Shown: one piece after another, positions 50,752 to 63,800 of the stretch
Layout: every line of letters begins with the position of its first letter
Numbering within the stretch: the first letter of the stretch is position 1
Assembly (NCBI RefSeq): GCF_964194025.1
Contig: NC_134479.1
Span: 6,324,001 to 6,388,000 of the forward strand
Length of the DNA: 64,000 bases
DNA from: Convolutriloba macropyga
Taxonomy: Eukaryota
Direction of reading: 5' to 3'
Notes under the pieces: generated by a model
What the model saw: only the letters and a program-made list of their open reading frames with translations
Database searches by the model: none
Told to the model about the DNA's origin: nothing
Position numbers and translations under genes: made by a program

Positions 50752-50923
50752 AGTTCCTGGACAACCTGAATAGAGTAGTTGACGATTGCCTGGAAGTGGG
50801 TATCTCTCCCATTGTGTCTTGGATCCACCACGAGTATGAAGCACATGCAACTGAGGAGGCCAGAGAGGAATATGTCCAGTGGTGGAGACAAGTAGCCAAG
50901 AGTCTCAGAGACAAAGACTACAG
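50752..50923 (+). CDS. GH5 coding exon 2
   Basis: Acceptor CGCAG|; (E)FLDNLNRVVDDCLEVGISPIVSWIHH..YVQWWRQVAKSLRDKDY(R); donor AG|GTAGAT; phases compatible with both neighbours. Confidence 0.88.
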
Positions 50924-50931
50924 GTAGATGC

Positions 50932-51097
50932 GCAATCTTTTCCGTTTGCGCCCCCCCCCCTCCAGCTTAGTGGGTCCCCAAACGCCCCCCAGACGCACGT
51001 ACCATGTTTTTACATATAGTGATTTATCATGTAAAGACTCGTGCTATCTAACTGGGGGGGCATAACGTATTGGGCGGGGCACAAACGGAAAGGATCC
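50932..51097. mobile_element. Merlin-like MITE at the 5' end of GH5 intron 2
   Basis: TIR ATCTTTTCCGTTTG(C/T)GCCCC; 9-bp TSD GGTAGATGC/GGTAGGTGC. Confidence 0.75.
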
Positions 51098-51308
51098 GGT
51101 AGGTGCATGCCAGTGCGTCCAAATAAAAACCCCATTCACACTTCAAAACCAAATGAGGCCCTAAATGCAATCAATATTCTGCAAAGTAGAGTTAAATTCT
51201 CTGAAACTCTACGCGAGACAACTTAACTGCATAAATCAAATAAGAACTCACAAATTTAACCAGAGTCTTGAATATTTTACAAAGCAATTCATCTAAAAAT
51301 TCTCCCAT

Positions 51309-52187
51309 CCCGAGATGAGGTCGTGGAATTATGACTCGACAAAACATCGTCTGGGGGGGGGGGGGGGGGTCATTCCGTTCCAGATATCTGATTCCTCAAC
51401 CCGTGAAAAACTAATGTTATTGCCGACCGTCTTTTATCATAAAAATGGTTTTTATCTAAACTTAGTTATACTTAATACGAGTTAAATATCATTTGTGTTT
51501 CCCATTCCGATGTGGTAGGCTGCCTACCCAGGTTTAGACCTCGACTTATGAAAGGACTTTATAATTCTAGTAGGGGGGTCCAATATTGACTATAAATACA
51601 CGGTCCAGCTTACAGTTAAAGACGAGGTAAAGTCTTTTCATCGGTCCAAATAAGGTCTTCTCATAAAAAGTTAAGGTCGAGCATGGTCTTTTCATGAGTC
51701 GAGGATTGCTTTTTTGTGGGATTAATTAAAGTTAACTTCTCTATTTTTCTTTTTGTTGATGTGTAACATCTACCAGCAACACCAACTAGCGTTGCAACAG
51801 ACAGTTTTCATAAGTCAAGGTCTGAACCTGGGTAGTCCAAGTCAAATGGTTTTTTTTGTATCTACATTTTTATAAACTGCATAAACATTGTGCTAATGAG
51901 TTTTTTCCCGGGGTGAGGTCGTGTAAGTACGAACCACATGATTCAGACAGAAAACAGCCATGACTCTACACGACAGTCCAGACAGTAATTGGTATGAATC
52001 GAATTTGCAAGAAAATATGCAAAACTGTGCGAATTAGCGCAAACATGTTCCGAAATACTAGATTTATCAATCAAATTACCGGGTCATTAACTTCTTCCGG
52101 GTCCGTGTATTTAACGACCCGGAATGACACCCCCCCCCCCCCCTCCCAAGATGACGTTTTGTCGAGTCATAATTCCACGACCCCGGG
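51309..52187. mobile_element. CCCG-terminated MITE with ~65-bp TIRs containing poly-G/poly-C
   Basis: GGTCGTGGAATTATGACTCGACAAAAC..G-tract..GTCATTCCG versus its reverse complement at 52119-52187. Confidence 0.75.
51527..51832. mobile_element. CCCAGG-terminated MITE, TA TSD, nested
   Basis: CCCAGGTTTAGACCTCGACTTATGAAA / TTTCATAAGTCAAGGTCTGAACCTGGG, flanked by TA on both sides. Confidence 0.85.
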
Positions 52188-52201
52188 TTCCCTTTTGTCA
52201 G

Positions 52202-52389
52202 ACTGTCGTTCAATCTGTTCACGGAATTGGGCATAGACTCGTGTGGGGATGACTGTTCTGAGAGTCTGAGAGAGGACACTCACAAGTACAACAAGTGGAC
52301 TCATTCAGTTGTGAGGAAAATCAGGAGCACTGGAGGAAAAAATGAGAAGAGAATACTCATCCTCGCATCTCCCAAAAAAGACGGAAGAG
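52202..52389 (+). CDS. GH5 coding exon 3 (acid/base glutamate region)
   Basis: Acceptor TTTTGTCAG|; LSFNLFTELG..KYNKWTHSVVRKIRSTGGKNEKRILILASP, cf. GH5 L.FEL.NEP and IR.TGG.N..R.LI; donor G|GTTTGA. Confidence 0.88.
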
Positions 52390-54584
52390 GTTTGAATGCT
52401 AGCCAAACTGTTCACATCACTATATGGTCCCAGCTAGAAGGGAACTCTTGTTTCATTCAATCTCACCCAATGAGAGGCGAGAATGCATAAAGCAAACTGG
52501 TCTCAAAGTGAATCCAGTAACAATTTTTTTTCGGGGGGGGGGGGCAGGCCACGTGATTTTATTGACCTGATGAAACTGATAGTTATGCCCAACTAAGCTA
52601 ATATTAAGTATGAACAAAAAGAAGGACATAGAAATCAATATCGTGCAATTACTTGTTTGTCAGAAGCCGAGTTTCAAAAGTATCTTTTCAAATCTTAGAC
52701 TTCGTAAAATTTTGACGACACCCACCCCCCCCCCCCCCCCCCACGTTCACGTGCTGTTTTTTTAGACAGTCTCGTTCCTTATAGGGCTACAAATTGAGTT
52801 CGTAAACGCCACAGGGGAAGGGGAGCTATTTTTATTTGAGTTTTGTGATGACCTCTGTCCATGTGTTACTTGGAGGCATGAAAATCTCTCAGAACTTACG
52901 ACTATTGAAGGTATAAGTCCAAGAAATGGAGTCGATAGTAAATTTTGATATTTTACAAAAACCATAAGTCAGTGTTTATCATTTAATCAGGGTGAGATTA
53001 TGATAGGAAAGTTTAATTACTTAATATTGCATATATTGAAATCAGCACAACTTTTTTAAATGAATTTTTATTGAGACGAGATTTGGCTGCTTAGTCATTG
53101 GTCACGAAAGTTCATTCAAATTTGTCTGTGACCAGAAATTCTTTGTGAGTTGTAAAGTGGTAAGTGGTGTTATCTATAGTTAAAATTGTTAGTTACTTGT
53201 CAATCTTTATTTTATCGTGCCAGTTGAGGTTCTGACAAGTTCTTAATGAGACAATGCTACTTTAGCTTTATTTTTTCAGATTATACTTTGAACAATTTTC
53301 TGATACCAATGAATTATCCTTATTCTCAATGAATTATTACTTAACATGTCGCAAATGTTCTCATGGGGTTTTAATTTCTCATTACACTGCAGAGGTATAC
53401 CCCAAAATTTCCGCTTTGGAGGAATTCGCTCGAAAATAAGATACATAAAATGAACGAAATTAGAAAACATCCTTTGTATCTTAATTTTCGGAAAAGGGGT
53501 TTCGCCATTTTTGCGAAATAAAAAAACTTTAAAGTTGTAAAATAGGTGGCAAGTTTTGTAGCAAGTTTCCGCTCATTTTAGGTCTTTATTAGTTGCATTA
53601 AAAATATCTCTAATCCGCAATCGAGCATAATTAAACGCGCGCGTTTTAATTTTATTTGAATTATATGATGTACTTCCCAGTGCCACAGACTCTGATTATT
53701 TTTTTCCCGAAAAATCCCTCGCTCAAAAAAGTCTCTGTTTGTCTATGTGGGACTGACCGAATCTATTTTCACTGGCCAAATCTAGTTTCACTGGCCAAAT
53801 CTATTTTCACTGGTCGAATCTATTTTGTGGCATTTATGGTGTACATCCCAGCACCACAAAAACTGATTTTTTTCCGAATAATCCCTCGCTCAAAAAGGGC
53901 TTTGTATATCAATGTGGGACTGCCGATTTTGTGGGACTGCCTTTGATAAGTAGTAATAAAGTAGAATAAGTACTAGTAGTAGTAATAAAGCTTTAATTAT
54001 TAAATTAAAATCAAAAATTAAATCAAAAACGCGAATTAAATTAGGCCTAATTGCGGATTATAGGGCGAAATCGAGTTACGTTGCGTGCTAAAAAGAGATA
54101 CTTAAATGGAGCAGATTCGCGATACAAAATGCGCGAAAAATAGGATACATAACTTGTACTTTGTACACTTTTGCGAACACGGGTTGCGCAATTCCCTTCA
54201 ATTTTGACTGTTTTTGCTAAAGTAGCTATTTTCCGCAACATTTTTGCATGTCCATTGTATTAACATAAGAAAAACGAACACGAGATACACAGATCGGGCA
54301 TATTTGCCCGTGACGATTTGAGTATACCTGTGCGGCGTAATTTGGTTCATTCTGATTATAGAATCAAAGAATCTATTCTCTTCTTTTACAATGGGCACAA
54401 AATGCGAATGTTGTTCCTCTATGGCCCATCTCACACTTGCAATCATGAAGGGCTAAAACTGGAGCTCCGCTTTTTAACGCCCTATTTTTTACTCCCTATT
54501 TATATTTCACCCCTCTATCAATTAATCCCTCTAACTTCCGTCCAGCCCGATTTTAATACTTTATTTAAATGGTCATTTTAACTT

Positions 54585-55620
54585 TGTTACTATAATCATT
54601 GGGATATGCATTGCCGGCTATGGCCCAAACCTTCAATACAATGATTCTTACTGCAAAATATTAACCAATCAGAGACGTGTAATAATTTTCAACGCATGCG
54701 CACAGTAGGTAAGCAAATTAAAATATACAATGCTATGGTAATTAGACATGATAAACTCTGTGGGATCGCTCGACTTCGCTGCAAAAATGCACCACACTTT
54801 TATCGCGTTTTGTTCTGACTGCTGAAGTTGATAACCCAACAGGTTATGGGCAGCACCATTTTCTAAATCACAACATTAAATTATGAAACAAACCCGATTC
54901 AATTTTTATTCTTAATCTTTTTCTGCATAATTACCTCCTCCTCTCAATTATTTGCTCGTTCAAATCACAATGATCAAATGTAGAGACATTAGGTTTTTCT
55001 ACATATGACAAATACAGGACAGAGCTTATACGAGTGGGCTCTGCAATCCAATATTGGGGACAGAGGAGACAAAACGAGCTCAAGCCAATGCTCAATCGAG
55101 CAAACGACGAAGAAACGAAGGCCAATACAAAGGAAAAATGCATATGTGAAGGTAGTTGCAGATCTCAAGGACACTTTGTTGGACATGTCAGCACTTGAGA
55201 TGAATCAATGTCCTCAAAACCTCTGCAAGACAGATGTAGTATGTTACGGCCAAAACAGTGCTGAATTTTGTAAGACAGCTGGCTTCATTGAAATTTCAGG
55301 AGTGTGGGGATTTTAAAAGGGTGCTCATTAGAGGATAGCCACCCTCTTCAATAAACTGGTCCACAATGGTCTGCCAATGCGGTTTTCAAGCTTTGTAATA
55401 TTGGAGAGCAACAACTTGGCAACAAACTTCCATTGGAGCACAAAACCGAGAAACAAGGGACATAGTGCTCCAGTGGCACAAGCAGCGGAGGTCTCCGGAC
55501 ACTTTGCAAAGGACTGCAGGAGCAAGAAGACAGCAAACTGCAACAACGGCGATCAACAGATGGCATACAAAAGGCAAAGTGAATTAGAAAAATAAAAGAG
55601 TGACAACAGCTCCGAAAACA
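54585..55620 (+). mobile_element. Copia remnant: 5' LTR (~54585-54841), PBS, decayed gag
   Basis: ...CAACA|GGTTATGGGC resembles the copia-type GGTTATGGGCCCAG PBS; knuckle remnant GHFAKDCRSK. Confidence 0.6.
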
Positions 55621-55856
55621 ACAACATCAAACCAAGTTAATAAAAAATAATTCTACCCAGTTTGCCCTTTCATATCCCTCGGAAGCACGTTGGCATACTA
55701 GTTGCACAATTCCCATAATCACGAAAAATGATCGGTTCATCCAATTCAAATAAGTCGTGAGAAAACAAAAGGTGGAAACCACTAAAGTGGTGAGCAGAGT
55801 CAGTGTGTGAATCAAACAACCTCGGGCAGAAAAAAAAATTTCCAATGTAAACGCAA

Positions 55857-55858
<2 letters not shown>

Positions 55859-55894
<36 letters not shown>

Positions 55895-56710
55895 TTGAAT
55901 TCAACCAAACATGGTTACAACCAGCTTGGTAGTCCCCAGATTAGGGGAGAAATCAGGTTTCAATAATTAAATTTTCTCGAAAACTTTCCATCCTGAAGGG
56001 TAACTTTTATATTTGAATCTTTTCAATGCCTCCCCTTCCAAAAAGTTCTTGACTTCTCTTCGAAACTGACATGGATTTTTGTGTGGTGAATAGTTACCAA
56101 AACTGTTAAGTTGAGACAAAGAATTATTGAATCGGGCTATTCTATTAAAGTAATTATCTTCAAAACGTTTCCGAAATGTTTTTCTCGCTTCAATAAAAAA
56201 CTTTTCACTTGATCTGGTCTTTGGATAACCAAAAGTTATTGACCAGTGGTCTGACGCATTCATCGAAGTTAAGCCCATTAAAATCTTATTAAGCAGAATT
56301 AGATTGTTAAAAACTAGAAAATAACTGACTGGCAATAGGCGATTTCGAATTAAGCTCCCAACGTATTCTTTGTCACCCATAACAGAACGGCAAGTTATCC
56401 ATTTTAAACATGATCTCTGCAGTCTTTCCAAGCGTTGAAGATACTGTGGTCCTGGGTTCCAGACATTTGACGCATAAAAGACCGCAGAGAATATATATGT
56501 TTTCACCAACGTGCATTTGACAGTTTCTTTTGTGGTGCGGGGTATAACTCTTCTTAAATGATTCAGTTTTTGAAAACTTTTCTCTACCGCAATTTCGAGG
56601 TGACAATTCCAAGTCATGCTGGCCGTAAAAATTAATCCGAGATCTTTAATTTGTTTTTCATTTTTGATGGCAATTCCTTTTGCAAATAACTCTGTGTGTG
56701 CCTTAATTTT
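55859..56710 (-). mobile_element. 5'-truncated CR1-like LINE with (TTA)n tail
   Basis: ORF 55967-56785: IKDLGLIFTASMTWNCH, YASNVWNP, LERLQR; (AAT)n at 55859-55891 lies at its 3' end. Confidence 0.85.
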
Positions 56711-57879
56711 CTTCAAGTTTTCTCTCAGAACTAAAAACGTGGAGAGATGACATAATTTCACTGTCCAAAAAGACCACAGCTGCAAGAAACTCTCCCAGGG
56801 AACTAAGTTAAACGAAAAACGAAAAGGTATATCGTTTTACTTGCCCTGCAGTGTTCTAATATTTAAGACAAGTTCCAACATCATGAGACTGTACGCTGCA
56901 AAGAAAGAGCACAGCGAATCGGTCCTTTAAAACAAACGGATACAATCAAGAGTTTATCAAATACAGGGGATTAGATAAATATCAATACAATATATTATTG
57001 GATGTTGAACTGCTATCTGACTTTGGTTTGACTTAGGTTTTCCAACATGTATCAAGTTGATATAATTAAAGCCTTATCTTGTGTTTTTTCATTGATATTT
57101 GTATAGTTACAAACAATTTTTAAGTTTTTTTTCTTACAAATTCAATTAACCATCTTTATCTATCAATAAGATCTATGCTTTTAGACCTTTTAATTGTTAT
57201 TAAAATTCTTTTCGCTTTCCTCTGATTCTCTAGAAATAATTTTTTAGTTAACTGAAAACGTTTTGTTTCTCCTACTAAAGTTCATAGCCCAACAGTTTAG
57301 AGGCCCAGCAACTTTCTATGTAACAAAAACCTTTTATAATAAAGAATTTCTGTTTTTTTCGTTAAAATCCTTTCTTCCTTACTGCCTCATCTTCTCAGTT
57401 GTTTTGCTCATTCAAAACTAAATGATCCAAAATAGAAGGATAAAGTTCACCGACACAAGAAAACTGCTGGGAATCACAATCTAGAACACGGGCATTGGGG
57501 TAATGATGGAAACTTAGGCGCTCGAAAAACCGATTTATGGAACAGAAGAGCATAAAATAAAAAGCCAGCTATCGCCAAATCGAGCAAACAACAGAGAAAA
57601 AGAACAGCTACACTGTTCTAAAACTTTAAAAAAAAAGATTATGAGCGTAAGAATAAACATTGCTAAGAAGTGCGCAAACGATTCGGTCTTTTAAATCAAA
57701 CGGATTTTGTCAAGAAAGCACCAAAGCCAAGGTGTGCATCGGAAAAGTTTAAAAATTCGCGTCTTCCGAGAGCGGCATAGGATTTGAAGAGAGTGTTCAC
57801 AGACCTGATGACACGTTTCGCAGCAGAGACCTTGTGTACGTTTCAGTTCTGCGCTTCTCCAAACCAGTACCCAGAGTTT

Positions 57880-60800
57880 GTAACAAGAGATGCCTGGGGT
57901 ACATAACCAACTTTCTTAGACTGATAGCCTGTCGGGATCAGATTTCAATTTGTCTGAAGTGGACTCAACAACTGATAGTTGATCTGATAGTCAAGAAAAT
58001 TTTACAGAACGTCAGGAAACTTTTCATCAGGGTCAAGGTCGTCAAGAAAATGGAAAAAAACAAGGCGCTGCAATTGCTATCAAAGACGAGGAGAGGCATG
58101 GGGCAGATAGCGTAGACACTCGTCAGCCAACAACTTTGAGAGAGAGAGAGAGAGTTTTGATATTGAACAGGAAGCAGAGAACAAATATTGCATTACTATC
58201 AGGGGTAAATGATACTCATGGTCACTTGTGACTGAGGGTGGCAACGAAGTATCTAAAAATCAGTTGATGAAGCAGAGCAAAGTGATCAGTAAATCTAATA
58301 TCAAAATGCAATGCAGGACGATGACAAGGCCCTGGGAGATAACCAGTCTTTGTAACTAGTGAGACAACCCAGAGACAGGCAAATGAAATTCCCCGGGCCG
58401 AGGATATCCAGAGTTTCACTAGGACCCAGTGGTCAAATTGACATGTTCAAAGCAAGCCCAATATGTGGAAAGGGCTTTCAAGGAGGAATAAAGTTTGTGA
58501 TAACGCCATGATTCCGCTGGTCCGCATTGGGAAGGGTGATAGGTCGTTATCTGTCTTGAGTCTTAGCTTTAAGTTTCAATTAGTTTGGTTGCTCATGTTT
58601 TGTTTCAGGTTACACAATTCAAACAAGAGTATCATTTCCGGTTTTACAACATTTCATCATCGTGACTTTACTCGTTACAACTTTTGGAAACAAATCAACT
58701 TACAAAAGGCGGTAAAACACAATAAACGTAAGAAGTTAATCTCTAGCATTAACATCCTCCGGGCTCACAAAACCTAACCCTAACCTGGTTGTGGGTTTGG
58801 GGTAGACATGCATAAGTTTTACTGCTGGTCTGTTTAATTTGCCTAAAGCGGTCTTAACCTCACATGACCTAGCTATGTTGTCGGGGCCGGTGAAAGTCCG
58901 TGTGACTCGTCCCAGCGGCCATATTCCTCTTGGTGTAAACTCTTCAAGAAGCCAGACAACATCATCCACTTCCAAAGCTGCTTCACGAGACGTCCACTTC
59001 TGTCGTTTGTTCAGTGAAGGAACATACTCGGTTAGCAGCCTCTTCCAAATCTGCTGAAGTCTCTGCTTCACCTGTGTCCACGCCGAACTCTTCAAGGTAA
59101 GTGTCTCGTTGAAAACGGCTCCAGGAACATTGCAGAAGGGCCTTCCAAGCAAGAAGTGGTTTGGTGTAAGTGGGTTGTCGTCTTCGTGGTTGCTTCTCAC
59201 GTGAGTGAGTGGACGCGAGTTGACAAGACACTCGGCTTCACTGACGATCGTGGCAAAGACGTCTGGGGTGAGTTTTGCGGAGCCGAGGTTCAAGAGAAGA
59301 GCTCGTTTGACACACTGAACGAGTCTCTCCCACACCCCACTGAAGTGAGGATCAGAAAGAGGGTTGAGCTTCCATTCGACAGACTGATTCAGTAGCTGAT
59401 CTTTGATGTAGTCGTGGTCCAACATCAGTGGTCTTCTTCTGATCTGCTTTCTTGCTCCCAGGAAGTTGGATCCGTTGTCCGACAAGAACAACCGCGGTTG
59501 GCCGCGTCGAGCGATGAAGCGTCGGATTGCTGTCAAACATTTGTCTGTGCTGAGGTCCTCTGCAACTTCCAGGTGAATTGCTCTTGTAACCAAGCAAACA
59601 AATAGGCAGATTTAGGTCTTCACTTCTGTAACACGATGAAAGACGGCAAAAGGTCCAAGGTAGTCCACGCCGACATTGGTGAAGATGACTGGTGACTGTG
59701 TTTCCTGGAAACGAATGTCTGGCAAGTCTGCCATCGGTGGCTGTAGTCCCTGTGCTCGGAAGCTGCGACAGTCGAAACATTTGAAGGCCAAACTTCTCAG
59801 GAAGAGTCTGATTCCAAGAATGTGGCATCTCTGTTGTATGTAGTTGCGAGTGTATTCCACTCCAATGTGCATACAAATTTCGTGGCATTTCTGTATGTAG
59901 AGTTGAATGCTGTGCTCTTTAGAGTCCAGGATGATGGGGTTTTTGGCGTCAAAGGGTAGCAAGCTTAGTTTTGATCTGCCACCAACGCGAAGAAGTCCAC
60001 TTTCAAAGAAAGGGGACAAACAGAGCAGACGATCTTTCTTTGACAAAGGCCTGTGTTGTTTCATGTCTTTGATGGCGTCTTTGAAGGACTTCTCTTGCGA
60101 TTTTCTGAAGAGATAAATTCGGGCTTCGTAAACGTCTTCGAGTTCTAGTTTGCCTCTTTGTTTCGATCTAAGATTCTTTATGAACCTTATGACAAAAGCC
60201 ATAGAGCGCATTAACATCGTCCACTTTGAGAATCTGCTGACGTCGGTAATACATTCATCGTTGGATGGTTCCATTGTGACGTTTGTCTCCTCCTTGTTAC
60301 CCAAGGAGTTCTTCCAATGGCTTTCGGGATCACTTAAGAAAGCTGGAGGCGTTAACCACAACACATTGATATCACAGGCTGGTATTCCTCGGGAGACATG
60401 GTCTGCAGGGTTGACTTTTCCGCTGATATGCTGCCACTTGGAGACGTCTGTGTTGTTGCGGATCTCTTGTATTCTGTTTGTAATAAAAGTTTTCAATTTG
60501 TCTTTGCTTTTGATCCAGGCAAGGACAGCTTCACTGTCGCTCCAAAAGTGTCTTGAGGTAACTGGTATTGTTAGCTGCTTCGAAACAAATTGCATTAGTC
60601 TACATCCTAGCACGGCTGCTTGCAACCAAATTTCGGGATACTTATTTGCTTTAGTGGCCCAAGTTTAGCTCTAGCTATGACAAACCCAGTTGAAATGGTG
60701 TTAGCTGATTGAGACCTGATGTAAATAACTGCTCCATAAGCCAGCTGTGAGGCATCACAGAAGCAATGTAACTGGTTTATCGGAGATTCCTCGTTCGGAG

Positions 60801-63800
60801 AAACAAAACATCGTGGCATTGATATTTCTGGCACATTAAGATATTGCTCTGTCCAAGTTTTTATTGCTTTCTGTTTCTCGTCTGACAGGAGATCATCCCA
60901 TGCAAATCCTTCTTTCCAAGTATCCTGCAAGATGATTTTGAGTGTAATCAATAATGGGGCAATGATTCCTAATGGATCGAACAAGCAGGCAATTAAGGAA
61001 AGGAGTTTTCTGAGTGTGTAGTCCGTTTTGTCTTCCTGAACTTTGGCAAGCTTCTGGTGGAAGAAAGTATCATTAACTGTATTCCACATTACACCTAAGA
61101 CACGATGTTTGTCTTTTTCGTTGTCACAATGTTCTTTGGGTATCTTGTTAAGACATTGAACAGAGTTTGAGACAAACTTAGTCAGACTGAAACCTCCTTT
61201 AGAGAGAGTTTGTCGCAGGTCTTGAACTGCAGTTTCAGCTTTCTGTTCATTGACGAACAAATGTACAAAGTCATCCATGTAGAAACTGTTGAATATTAGA
61301 TCTTTTGTAGCGGTGTTTCCGAAGTCTTTTGCTGTTTTTTGGAGGACAAAAATTGCTGTAGTTGGAGAACATCTGGCTCCAAAGATGAGTCGCGTATACT
61401 GGAACTGCTGTACGGAGTTCTTTGACGGCCAAAGAAAACGGAGACAAGACTGATCTTCTGTTCGTATGCAAATTTGCATGAACATGGCCTCTATGTCTGC
61501 AATTACTGCAACAGAATCCTGGCGAAAGCGAAGTAGTAAGCCGACCAGGTTGTTGAGAAGGTCGGGGCCTGACAGAAGGTTTTTATTTAGCGACTGCTTC
61601 TTAAAAACAGATGCAGCAATTGCAACACGCCTGACTTTCCCAGGTTTGTTGGAGTTGGTGACGGGGACGGGGTGATGGGGAAGGTACCAAATCTTCTCTG
61701 GTGCTGGATTTGAGAAAGTTACTGGTTTGACATAACCCTTCTCTAAATCTGTCTCCAAAGTTTTCTCATACAACTGTTTCAACTCAATGTTTTTGTTGAG
61801 TCGGCGCTGAAGACTGTCAAGTTGTGCTTTGGCAACCGGATAGTTTTTTTCTAATTTACTGTCCTGTTTCCAAAGTAAATCAATTTCATACCTGTCTCCG
61901 ATATGGTGGATTGTATCTTGTAATATTTGAACTGCTCTTTTACTGTCTGTTGAAGTATCTGCAGTTTCTTCAAACCCGGTTCCTGTATTCTCTATTTTCC
62001 AGAAACTGGTCACACATTCACTGAGATGCCTTTCAGTATCAACAGTTAATTTTGTGAGCGCGTGGTCGAAGGTTCTATAACTATGGGATAGGAAGTTTGT
62101 TTCCTGTTGGATTGGATCACTTTTTCGTTTAATTGGGTCAGTAATTGTCCAACCGAGAAGATTGCGTAAAGCAAAGGGGCTTCCTGAGGGTCCTTGAAGG
62201 AACTCGCGTTCCAAAATGTATTGGGTAGCGTCAACACCTAAAAGTATCTGTATCTTGTTGTCACTAAGTTTAGGAAAATGTATGTGTTGAAGGTGAGGGT
62301 AGGACGAACACGCTTCGTTCAAATCGTTCACAGGCGCATCGTTGAAAGTCCAATTACTCACGGCATGAACGTAGTTTAAAAGGAAGAGTGGTTGATCGCT
62401 ATTGAACTTTCCAATGTCCAACCGAACAAGATTTGCGTGCATGACGGATTCGTCAAATGCGTGCGATACATTCAGATCGAATTCTGAAGTCTTTGGAGCC
62501 CGTACCTTGTCGGCAGCGGTGTTGAGGACGTATGATAAAGTACTACCATTGTCCAGAATGGCATAACAATTATGTCTTTTATTATCATTTCCGAATAGGG
62601 TGACAGGTATTACCTGTAGTTGATTCCTCGTTTTTGATCGGAAACCAGGATTGTAATTCTGAGTTGGGATGTCACTGTTTTTGTCCTGTTGATCCAGTGG
62701 TTCACACATTGGCTGATCAATTGCTGTCACGTTTGTCGATTCGGGTGCTTTTTGTCTGTCTGTGTGGAGAAGGCTATGGTGTTTGCCATTGCAATGTCGG
62801 CAGAGAACTTTTGACGTGCAGTTTTTGGCGGCGTGACTGCAGCTTAGGCAATTGAAGCACAAAGAGTTCTTCTTTGCTTCGCTATTGCGTCTGCTGACAT
62901 CGAGACTGAAAAACTGTGGTCACTTGCCAATGTAGTGATCTTGTTGGTCAAGCGGGCATTTTGTTCTGCTCCTATTTGCTGTTGCATTTCTCATAGGCTG
63001 CTTTGAACCAGAGAAAGAGGAGCTTCCGTTTGTATTGTTGCTACTGTTAGCCGTCCATTGCTGAGGCTTTGCACTACCGATGTTCTTATTTGCTGTATTA
63101 TTATGTTCAAAACTTTTATTGCTGGGGAATGAACTTTTACTTCCTGGAAAATTCTGTGACCATTTTGAACGATTTTGGTTCTTATTCCGATTGTTGAAGG
63201 AACTTGAACACTGTGGTTGGTTCTGTTGACCTGAATGGTTGTTAGTGTTTGATGAAAATGTCTTGTAATTGTTCGAAGGCTCTGGATTGCCGATCCATCC
63301 AATCGGAAAGCTATGTGAGACCTGGATTTGTCCAGTCGTTGTCAACACCATGTTCGGTCCACTTCAACTTGATTGGGTTTGGTAGCTTATCTCGAGCTAT
63401 CCTGAGCAAGTACGTGGCATTTAGGTCGGCACTGAAGCCATGTGAGGCAAATGTTTGAACTACCTTTCTTAACAGCGAAGCGAAAGCTATCAAAGCTGCG
63501 TGGTCATTCATAGCCGGTCTTTGGAAAGCTTCTAGTTCTTTTGTTAGAGCACCGACAACGTTTTGCGGATTTCCAAAGCGTCTGTTGAGCTCTTGAAGAG
63601 CGGAGGTGTAAAAGTTTGGGTTGCAATGAAAGCCGGAGATGCAATCCTTCGCCGGTCCAATTACTAAACTTTGCAGATAGCTCATTCTTTCAGTGTCAGT
63701 GATATCTTCGTTGTTGTGGATGGTCGAAGAAAACATGCTGCTCCACTCGTTCCACTTGAGCAAGTCTCCGTCGAATTTCTGAATTCGGATGTCCGGCAGC

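Noticed and set aside
53650-53945. 19-bp tandem repeat ATCTATTTTCACTGGCCAA with a flanking ~90-bp duplication
   Set aside because: Simple local duplication; no termini or coding signal to support a specific call.
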